From Candidatus Methanoperedens sp. (GTDB lineage: Archaea; Halobacteriota; Methanosarcinia; Methanosarcinales; Methanoperedenaceae): a stretch of DNA of 32,000 bases. Position numbers and translations under genes: made by a program. Every line of letters begins with the position of its first letter. The first letter of the stretch is position 1. Shown here one piece after another: positions 20,584 to 28,115 of this stretch. The notes beneath the pieces were generated by a model that was not told the DNA's origin, did no database searches, and saw only the letters and a program-made list of their open reading frames with translations. Where the stretch lies: contig JAPZAR010000027.1 of the NCBI GenBank assembly GCA_027460535.1, positions 270,554 through 302,553 of the forward strand, in the 5' to 3' direction.

Positions 20584-21235
20584 GTTGATCGAACTTTCAG
20601 ATGTTAAGAAAATATACTACATGGGAAAGGTCGAGGTGCCTGCTCTTCGTGGCATTGATCTGAATATTGAAAAGGGGGAATTCGTTGCCCTCATGGGCTC
20701 CTCGGGGAGCGGGAAATCAACGCTGCTCAACATGATAGGGCTCCTGGATACACCTACATCTGGGAAAATCGTCATCGAGGGCATTGACGTGTCCTCATTG
20801 AATGAGAATGAGAGGGCAGATTTCAGGTTGAAAAAACTTGGGTTTGTGTTCCAATTCTTCAGCCTGCTCATGGAACTGGATGCGCTTGAGAACGTCGCCC
20901 TTCCAATGATCATGGATGACCGAAGATATGACCGGGCTGCTTCGCTCCTTGAAGTCGTGGGAATCAGCGAAAGAGCGGCGCATTTCCCGAGTGAACTTTC
21001 GGGCGGGCAGCAGCAGAGGGTGGCCATTGCACGCGCCCTCGCCAACGAACCTGCGATTCTGCTGGCAGATGAACCCACTGCCAACCTGGATACCGAATCC
21101 TCGAACCAGATCGTGGGACTGTTCAGGGAATTGAATGACAATGGACAGACCATTATCATGGTGACGCATGAACCTGATCTTGGCGAAAAAGCGGACAGGA
21201 TAATAAGGATCAAAGACGGGAAAGTTGTTCCATGA
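20576..21235 (+). CDS. ABC transporter ATP-binding protein (MacB/LolD-like)
   Basis: Walker A GSSGSGKST, signature LSGGQQQRVAIARAL and Walker B ILLADEPT. Confidence 0.9.
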   Translation: MDRLIELSDVKKIYYMGKVEVPALRGIDLNIEKGEFVALMGSSGSGKSTLLNMIGLLDTPTSGKIVIEGIDVSSLNENERADFRLKKLGFVFQFFSLLMELDALENVALPMIMDDRRYDRAASLLEVVGISERAAHFPSELSGGQQQRVAIARALANEPAILLADEPTANLDTESSNQIVGLFRELNDNGQTIIMVTHEPDLGEKADRIIRIKDGKVVP

Positions 21236-21396
21236 AAAAGATAAATTAAAGGTTTCCCCTTACTTTATTCGGCGTTCTGTGCATGTGCTTTCATGAAATA
21301 CTATTACTATCCTTGAGCATCCTCCCTGATGCACCGAATTTCCAATCCTGCCTGGTTCGTGACTGTGGACTATAGGCATTGATCGGATCCTAAGGG

Positions 21397-22434
21397 CTAA
21401 GCTCCAGTGTCCCCTGAATTAAAGAGACGTATACTCGCACCTGGGTACCACTCCTGCAGAAATGTCAGCAAATGATATTTCATGAATGTGGGCACAGGTA
21501 CGGATACGATCAGCATCAATAATATCAATACCCCGGCAGCGATAATTCCATAAGGTATCATCACTGCCCAGAATACGATGCTACCGGTCCCATGCCCCAG
21601 CCCTGATAACATGAAGTACAGTATCAAAGCAGGTATGAGAAGGATTAGGATTAAAACCACGAGAAGTATCAGCGCCACTATGCCCACGGCGATCGACAAA
21701 ATTATCCATGCGATGAACCTGACCGCCCAGTAGACCAGTATCTGCTTCCAGTCTTGCTTGAACCTTCCCAGAATTATTATTATTGCCTCTGCTATGCCAA
21801 TTCCCTGATACATCGCCACCGGTACAGCAAGGCTTATGAACGACCTTATGAGCCCGCTAACCAAGGCCAGCAACAGCATTACTATTATGAACCGTAGAAT
21901 GCCGCCGAGGATCATCCCCGGGGTTACTGTAATCCGCGGCTCCAGGAATTGTTGCACGATGGGTAACATTGCCAATATGAATAGCGACAGAAGACCTATA
22001 CCCAGGACTGTCTGTATTATGAACAGGTCAAATCCGGGACGCAGGTATTTTTTGAAGTGCGCCCGGATGGCAACTCTATTTGTTACCAGTGACTCTACGA
22101 AAACAAATTCCATAACACTTGATATCAGAATGAACAGCAATATTATGAAAACGATTACGGCGAAGGCCATAAGAATGTAGGTCTTGTACTGTTCCCAGAA
22201 CTGATTTATCTGATTGAATATCTCCTCTATAGATGGCGCTCCTTCCATTCTGTCCTTTGATGGCAAATTATAATTTGGCGGGAAGCTGAAATTCAAGAAT
22301 CCAATGCCGCTCCCGCCTATGAAGAACAGAATTATCCCCAGTCGTATCCATTTCCAGAAGTCGAACGGCTCCATGAGAGCTTTTTTAGTCTTTTTAAGTG
22401 CGGCATCAATCGCATCAGTGCCATACCATCCCAT
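21397..22434 (-). CDS. Polytopic membrane protein of unknown function
   Basis: 345 aa with many long hydrophobic segments and no recognisable catalytic motif. Confidence 0.5.
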   Translation of the reverse strand: MGWYGTDAIDAALKKTKKALMEPFDFWKWIRLGIILFFIGGSGIGFLNFSFPPNYNLPSKDRMEGAPSIEEIFNQINQFWEQYKTYILMAFAVIVFIILLFILISSVMEFVFVESLVTNRVAIRAHFKKYLRPGFDLFIIQTVLGIGLLSLFILAMLPIVQQFLEPRITVTPGMILGGILRFIIVMLLLALVSGLIRSFISLAVPVAMYQGIGIAEAIIIILGRFKQDWKQILVYWAVRFIAWIILSIAVGIVALILLVVLILILLIPALILYFMLSGLGHGTGSIVFWAVMIPYGIIAAGVLILLMLIVSVPVPTFMKYHLLTFLQEWYPGASIRLFNSGDTGA

Positions 22435-22801
22435 AATAGCTGAATATACTCTAATTCGTAAATAGTTTGTTGATTATTAATCTTATAATTAATAATTGAT
22501 TAATTGTTTTAAGTATATCGTTTTTTACACACTTTATTTATTCTACCCCTTTTTTGCATCGAATCAAATCCTTAATGCGGTACTATCGATGTGTCCATGA
22601 GGGTTATCATTCCCGACAACAAAAGGAATAGAAATTGGCATCAATAATAAATATTGGTATTGCTATTGCATAACCTAATCCTTCATCAAGGCTTATCCAT
22701 CCAGTATTAATTTTGTAGTCATTAGAGAATTGCAGTGTTGCCCCGGGCGCTTCCCTTAAATGCAACTACCTTCATGCTGATTGCCTCCATTTATTTCCAT
22801 T

Positions 22802-23932
22802 TCAAATTATCTCTGCAATCGCATCAATCTCTATCTTTGCGTTTTTTGGAAGCTTTGCAACACATACAGTGGAACGGGCAGGCTTGCTCAAAGAAAAATA
22901 AGACGCATAAATCTCGTTCACTTTTGAAAAATCATTAATATCTGTTAGATAAATAGTTGTCTTGTCCACACTTTCAAGGCTACCCCCCGATGCTTCAATA
23001 ACAGCTTTCAGGTTATCAAGAACTCTTTTTGTCTGGGTCTCTATATCACCATCAATGAACTGCTGAGTCTTAGGGTCGATTGCGATTTGACCTGACAGAT
23101 AGATCATTTTATTCACCTTGATAGCTTGTGAGTAAGGGCCGATAGCATTTGGCGCTGCACTTGTATTCACGATTTCCTTCGAATCAGGTTCTTCCGCAGC
23201 AACGACACCATCCATTTTATTGTATCCCTTCGCGAGGTTGGTGTTGACATTCAGCACACCTTCATTGAGATGCTTATAGACGTAATCCTCCGTAATCACG
23301 GGCAGAGCATCTGCCACGGACTGGTTTTCAACGATCATACCCAGATGCACATACCTTCCATCCGGGATATTCACTCCAACAATCCTTACGCCAGGCTCAA
23401 GCACGACATTGCTCCCTACTCTTGATTTGAATACGAATGCCTGCATGCCAACAAACGTATCATCGCCTACGCTTGCAGGTCCATGAACCTGTGCCTGATG
23501 CGCCATCGAGACATTGTTCCCGATGTACACAGCATATTTCTTGCCATCTACCTCGACCAGGTTCTTTTCAACCGGCCTTCCTTCTTCATCCCGGGTCTCA
23601 AGAGCATGGATGGATACGCCATCCTGGATATTTGAATCATTGCCGATGTATATGGGCATCCCCTCGTCACCCCTTAGCGATGCCTGGGGAGAGACCATTA
23701 CGTTCCTGCCAATGTGTACGGCCCCGATCACGGATGCCTGCGGATGTATATATGCCGAAGCATCGATTTCGGGGACTATTTTGGTATCGCTCCATGGCGT
23801 TATCGGGCTTGCGCCTATGTTCGTTCCGGAGTATATCTCATCAACTCGCTGCACGCATCCTGTTGTGGACACTGCCGCTATAACAAACAGTACAGCTAAA
23901 ATTTTAACTAAGTTTGTCCTCATAACTTCCAC
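22802..23932 (-). CDS. cam: Secreted Cam-type gamma-carbonic anhydrase fused to a C-terminal RidA (YjgF/TdcF) domain
   Basis: The signal peptide ends in TTGC. The body is near-collinear with Methanosarcina thermophila Cam: LRGDEGMP, SNIQDG, IHALET and SMAHQAQVHGP, so the metal His ligands are present. The last ~125 aa are RidA (AIGPYSQAI...PARSTVCVAKLPKNAKIEIDAIA). Confidence 0.8.
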   Translation of the reverse strand: MEVMRTNLVKILAVLFVIAAVSTTGCVQRVDEIYSGTNIGASPITPWSDTKIVPEIDASAYIHPQASVIGAVHIGRNVMVSPQASLRGDEGMPIYIGNDSNIQDGVSIHALETRDEEGRPVEKNLVEVDGKKYAVYIGNNVSMAHQAQVHGPASVGDDTFVGMQAFVFKSRVGSNVVLEPGVRIVGVNIPDGRYVHLGMIVENQSVADALPVITEDYVYKHLNEGVLNVNTNLAKGYNKMDGVVAAEEPDSKEIVNTSAAPNAIGPYSQAIKVNKMIYLSGQIAIDPKTQQFIDGDIETQTKRVLDNLKAVIEASGGSLESVDKTTIYLTDINDFSKVNEIYASYFSLSKPARSTVCVAKLPKNAKIEIDAIAEII

Positions 23933-23977
23933 CTGAAGGGTGTAAAAAAATTCTATCGTATTTAAACTTTTTTAAAT

Positions 23978-24667
23978 TTATTTCGAACCGGATTTCAGCC
24001 TTTCAAGAAGCGGGTCTTTTACCCCAACATTGCTAAAAGCCCTCTCCCGCCGCCTGCAGGACTCGCATACACCGCACGGTCTTTCTTTACCTTCGTAACA
24101 CGACCAGGACCATTCAAGAGGTGCCCCATTCTCAAGCCCTCTTCTGACTATCCCGGCCTTATCCAGGGAAACCAGGGGCGTATAGACCGCAGGTTGCGTG
24201 AGTGTTCCGAACTTCAACATCTCGTTGAACCTTTTCACGAACTCAGGGGTGTTGTCAGGAAACGTTACAGCCTCCTCGGCATCGAAACCCGTGACTATGA
24301 AATCGTATTCATAATTCTCGGCAAGTGATGCGGCGATAGAAAGAAAGACCACGTTCCGTGCAGGCACCCAGACCTGTTTTGCAGCTTTTTGTGTGATCGC
24401 TTTGTTATCGAGTTCATCCGCTGATATTTCCGGGAGCTTCTCTTTGCCGGTGAGCGCGCCGCGAAATGTCCTGTACCAGGGAAGTTCGATGATGAGATGG
24501 TTTACCTTGAATTGCTTGCAAATGGCTTTTGCGAATCCTATTTCTTTTTCCCGAGCCCTCTGGCCGTAATCGAAGGTCACGCAATGGACTTCGTCGCACC
24601 TGTCGTATGCTTCTTTGAAGGCGACCGTGGAATCAAGACCGGATGAAAGTAGAACGATGGATTTCAT
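23978..24667 (-). CDS. queC: 7-cyano-7-deazaguanine synthase
   Basis: PP-loop VLLSSGLDSTV and a C-terminal zinc Cys cluster CYEGKERPCGVCESC. Confidence 0.85.
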   Translation of the reverse strand: MKSIVLLSSGLDSTVAFKEAYDRCDEVHCVTFDYGQRAREKEIGFAKAICKQFKVNHLIIELPWYRTFRGALTGKEKLPEISADELDNKAITQKAAKQVWVPARNVVFLSIAASLAENYEYDFIVTGFDAEEAVTFPDNTPEFVKRFNEMLKFGTLTQPAVYTPLVSLDKAGIVRRGLENGAPLEWSWSCYEGKERPCGVCESCRRRERAFSNVGVKDPLLERLKSGSK

Positions 24668-24782
24668 ATGTGGAGATATGATTGATGGATATTTAAAATC
24701 TGGGCAGGTATTATATGGCAGGGTCGGGGAAGCTCCAGATTGCTGCCATTCATTTTCGATATCAAACCTATTACATTCGTTC

Positions 24783-25166
24783 TTACCATTGTTTCCATTT
24801 AAGACCGTTTATGCGCTTGAAATGATCCACATTTCTTGTAAAAACTTCTTCATCGTTTGCCTTAACGATCCCGGCTATAAGAATATCCAGTATATTCACC
24901 GGATCTCCAGAATTCATTAACTCAGCCTGGATCTGGGCGGCTAATAGAGCAGCATGTTTTTCAAATTCGAGCACATCAATGGAATCAAGTAATGAAATGA
25001 CCTCGGAAAGAGAAGCTTCAGGTTTTTTGGAGCGTTTTGCTCCATAATAAAGCTCAAAGGCATTTATGATAGTGGTCTTTGGAAAATTAATCCTATCGGC
25101 AAGTTCTTTTGCATCGGTATTGCCTCTCAATAATGCCACTAAAAAATCAGTGTCGAGCACAGTCAT
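24783..25166 (-). CDS. vapC: PIN-domain toxin VapC
   Basis: MTVLDTDFLV at the N-terminus, the acidic residues of a PIN fold, and TRNVDHF at the C-terminus. It overlaps the upstream antitoxin gene by 4 nt. Confidence 0.8.
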   Translation of the reverse strand: MTVLDTDFLVALLRGNTDAKELADRINFPKTTIINAFELYYGAKRSKKPEASLSEVISLLDSIDVLEFEKHAALLAAQIQAELMNSGDPVNILDILIAGIVKANDEEVFTRNVDHFKRINGLKWKQW

Positions 25167-25393
25167 AGCTTTGTTCTCTCTAATCTTGATACATCCAGTC
25201 CAGAACGCCTGATCTCAAGAGTTGCTTTTTCAAATTTTTCATCTTTCAATCTTCCGGCAAATTCTTTGAGAGGTCTTTTCCTTACAAAACCTGTGATCCT
25301 TTTTATGAGTTCAGTAAAGCTTTCCCCTTCTTTCTTGAGTTGAGCCAGTGCCTCATAGGCTTCTTCGGAGATCGTCAGTGTTTTATGTGCCAT
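25163..25393 (-). CDS. vapB: VapB-type antitoxin
   Basis: 76 aa with an N-terminus (TLTISEEAYEALAQLKK) typical of archaeal VapB-like antitoxins. It is translationally coupled to vapC. Confidence 0.65.
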   Translation of the reverse strand: MAHKTLTISEEAYEALAQLKKEGESFTELIKRITGFVRKRPLKEFAGRLKDEKFEKATLEIRRSGLDVSRLERTKL

Positions 25394-25401
25394 GATTATA
25401 A

Positions 25402-25425
25402 GTGTATTTATACGTGTATTTATAC
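25402..25425. promoter_or_regulatory. Perfect tandem 12-mer (GTGTATTTATAC x2) carrying TATA-like boxes in the vapB / 25478-ORF divergent promoter
   Basis: The repeat is read directly and begins 9 nt from the vapB start codon. Confidence 0.45.
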
Positions 25426-25477
25426 TTAATCATATTTTTGAGTAATCATTATACGGATATAGCTCCATTTTGAAAAC

Positions 25478-25660
25478 ATGACTGAATCGATAGCAATGGA
25501 AGATTTAGACGTTCTCGTTGATTCAATTGAAATTCTCAGTAATCCAAGAACGATGGAAGCGCTGCGAAGAAGCGACCTTGACATAAAATATGGGCGGGTT
25601 AAGAAAGTAACCTCCATTGAAGAGATGCTCCGTGAACTGCACGGTAAAATGAACCGATGA
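25478..25660 (+). CDS. Small Phd/YefM/RelB-like antitoxin-type protein
   Basis: 60 aa. The pattern SIEILSNPRTMEALRRSDLDIKYGRVKKVTSIEEM resembles the C-terminal region of Phd/RelB-type antitoxins. It overlaps the next ORF (ATGA). Confidence 0.5.
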   Translation: MTESIAMEDLDVLVDSIEILSNPRTMEALRRSDLDIKYGRVKKVTSIEEMLRELHGKMNR

Positions 25661-25923
25661 CACATACAAAACCATTCGATAAGTGCCCTATTTGCGGCGG
25701 TGAGCTTGTAGAGAAAGAGGTTGAGAAGCTCTTGAGAGGAGGCGTGAATACCGCTATCATAAAAGTCAGGGCAGAGGTTTGCCAGCACTGCGGAGAGAGA
25801 CTGTATTCGCAGGAAACGGTTAAACTCTTCGAGGAGATTAGGAGAAAATTAGAACGCAAAGAAGTGGCAAACTTCCAACCGATCGGACAGTCATTTCAGG
25901 TAACAGTATCAGATTCAGCTTAA
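25657..25923 (+). CDS. YgiT-type (MqsA N-terminal-like) zinc-finger protein
   Basis: CPICGGEL ... CQHCGERLY, with the spacing typical of the YgiT zinc-finger family. Confidence 0.65.
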   Translation: MTHTKPFDKCPICGGELVEKEVEKLLRGGVNTAIIKVRAEVCQHCGERLYSQETVKLFEEIRRKLERKEVANFQPIGQSFQVTVSDSA

Positions 25924-25972
25924 TAATCTACTACATTCCAGCCTGTGGAAGGCGCCGTCCATTAAAATAAAA

Positions 25973-26331
25973 AACCGCAGATAAAGGCGCCCAGAGTCGC
26001 GCCTCTGGAGGGCTCAAAGGGGGAGCCGTGAATGAAAATGACAAACCGCAGATGAAGGCGCCCAGAGTCACGCCTCTGGAGGGCGTGTACACGTATGCCC
26101 GCAGGCATACGTGGGCGCGGAGTCGAGAACCCGCAGGGTTTCGGCATGATGAACGCAGATTTATAACACTGTCTCCAGAAATTATTAGCTTTCACCAATT
26201 TTTTGAAGTAAATGTTATTATTTCATTAGAAGCTCATGCAGCAACCCGCCCGAAGGGCGGCGCCGTATATGAAATAAAGAACCGCAAGATGAACGCCCCG
26301 AGTCGCGCCTCGGTGGTGGGGGCGAAAGCCC
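25973..26331. repeat. Intergenic cluster of modular GC-rich hairpin repeats
   Basis: The leader AACCGCAGATRAAGGCGCC occurs at 25973 and 26044, with a variant at 26280. Hairpins lie at 25991-26008, 26062-26079, 26090-26113, 26127-26141, 26246-26260, 26298-26313 and 26320-26331. Confidence 0.8.
26044..26162. repeat. Complete 119-nt composite hairpin element (MITE/REP-like), copy 1
   Basis: Its termini AACCGCAGATGAAGG ... GATGAACGCAGATTT and its internal modules are the same as in the 160-nt copy at 27956-28115. Confidence 0.7.
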
Positions 26332-26441
26332 TCATCCCTATTTTCAAGCTTTGATAAACCCAATAATATCAAGCATTATTAACATCATCAAAAAAAGGCG
26401 CCGCATATTGTTTCAAGCTATAGCGAAAACGTCTTTGCATT

Positions 26442-26796
26442 TTATCCGATCTCGTGACGTATTCGGACGGCTCCTGGAGTTATCACTGAAAATGATTGTT
26501 TAAGTTCTGTTCCATGCTTCTTTATGGCAGAAACCACTATCTCCGCTTTCCGGGTAGGAGAAAGCCCTGCCAATCGGATTAGCACAACTCCACTGGTTAT
26601 GCGCCGCTGACGAAAAACAAGCTCACCAAAGTCTTTATCAGCCGTTAACAGCAGCACAGTTTTCTCATTAGCCATTTCAAGCACTTCATCGTCAGAAATC
26701 CCTGCATTCGTTGGCAACGTACTGCACATTATGTCCCATCAACCGGAGACGCTCAACGATTTGTCTGTCTACGTTCTCATCGACCAGAAAATTCAC
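26442..26796 (-). pseudogene. DUF5615 (PIN-like) toxin gene with a +1 frameshift
   Basis: The N-terminal 30 codons (VNFLVDENVDRQIVERLRLMGHNVQYVANE, GTG start at 26796) are in one frame. The rest (AGISDDEVL...DKDFGELVFR...) is in another frame, with the break near 26705. The GTGA overlaps the DUF433 stop. Confidence 0.6.
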
Positions 26797-27029
26797 GAGA
26801 CCGCCTCAGCGACCGGGTACACCACATCAGCGCGTAAAGCTTGTGCAGCAAATGCAAGAGCCGCTCTTATCGCTTCGCGCGTCAGCCGTGGATGAGCCTC
26901 CAATATCTGTTCCACCGTTTCGCCTGCGGAAAGCTTTTCCAGGATCAGCTCCACAGTGATGCGGGTTCCTGCGATGACAGGTTTGCCCATCATTACTTTG
27001 GGGTCGGATACAATCAATTTTTTCTGCAT
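26793..27029 (-). CDS. DUF433 antitoxin-type protein
   Basis: IVSDPKVMMGKPVIAGTRITVELILEKLSAGETVEQILEAHPRLTREAI is a typical DUF433 sequence. The start at the internal ATG (27029) is preferred. Confidence 0.7.
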   Translation of the reverse strand: MQKKLIVSDPKVMMGKPVIAGTRITVELILEKLSAGETVEQILEAHPRLTREAIRAALAFAAQALRADVVYPVAEAVS

Positions 27030-27723
27030 TTTGCACCTCTTTAGCTGAATGGTTTGAAGCACCGGGTGAGGGATGATATTATCGTGTTAGATATGGTGAA
27101 TTCACATTTATATTATTATGGTTCTTTTGCAACTCTGCAACGTCACGTGCAGGGCGACTTTTAGTTTGCGTCAGATTTGAAAGCGGAAGAGAGTACGACA
27201 ACGATGTCCCCGCTGTTTTTCGCCTACCACCACTTCATGCTCTCCCTGAACCTCGTCACCCTCTCATCCTTATCCGGTTTCCTGAAAACATAGAGATGCT
27301 CATGTCCGATGAGATAGAAGTCATACTTCTTCCCGAACCACTTCTCCCTCGTGCTCTTCATCTTCCACTGGAGCTTGATGATATCCTCGCGCAATATGAA
27401 TCCCGCCTCAAGGAAGCTCATGAGCACCCTCGGCGTAATGGGCACGAAATGCTTGTTGCGCCGCGTATCGCCAATCAGGATGGCGCAGTGCTTGTTGGGC
27501 TTCAGGACGCGCATGCACTCACCGGCGACGAGGCGCATCTCCCGATCGAACTCGGCGATGCTGTGCACGCTCGAAAGCCGAAACTTCGGCTTGCGCAGTG
27601 TTGGGGTATGCTCTGCATACCCCTCGTTTGATAAACATTTCCTAAAGGTTTTTGAGAGGTCGCCCTCGCGGTCATGGGAATAGGGGATGATGCTGGAGTA
27701 CAGAGAAAGTAGCAAAGAATCAA

Positions 27724-27789
27724 CCACAGAGGACACAGAGTTCACAGAGAGATGTTGTTTTATCTCTGTGTCCTCCGTGCTCTCTGTGG
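27724..27789. repeat. 66-nt imperfect palindrome built from CACAGAG repeats, followed by T6
   Basis: CCACAGAGGACACAGAGTTCACAGAGAG...CTCTGTGTCCTCCGTGCTCTCTGTGG folds into a stem of about 27 bp with four mismatches. A TTTTTT run follows at 27790-27795. Confidence 0.75.
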
Positions 27790-27955
27790 TTTTTTATCTC
27801 ATGCGTCTGATACTCTGAATCGAGCGGCATGTAAACAAAATCCAGCATGTTGCGCGCCACCATGACAGCATCAGGATTGATATCCACGCCCACGGGGCGC
27901 CAGGAGTTTGCATTCCATCAAAGCTTCCTGAAAAAATGCGGTATTTTGGAAAAAA

Positions 27956-28115
27956 AACCGCAGATGAAGGCGCCCAGAGTCACGAGCCTCCCGAGTCGCG
28001 CCTCGGGAGGGCGCGTCCACGTATGCCTTCAGGGCATACGTGTTGTTTGGGAGTCGAGAACCGTTAGGTTTCGGTCTGAGAACCCGCAGGGTTTCGGCAT
28101 GATGAACGCAGATTT
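27956..28115. repeat. Composite hairpin element, 160-nt copy 2, inside methyltransferase paralog 1
   Basis: It has the same termini and module order as 26044-26162, with internal module duplications (27989-28008 and 28056-28073). Confidence 0.75.

Noticed and set aside
25973-26331. Possible CRISPR array
   Set aside because: Unit spacing is irregular (72 nt, then about 236 nt). The units are mosaic and differ in length. The sequence between them is itself hairpin modules rather than unique spacers. No cas genes are nearby.
26028-26354. 108-aa ORF (and the similar 27847-28134 ORF) with the repeated peptide KPQMKAPRVT
   Set aside because: The ORFs are created by the GC-rich hairpin repeats. 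Differences between copies preserve stem pairing rather than the peptide sequence. The first unit is closed by a stop after 20 codons, and there is no RBS or promoter context.
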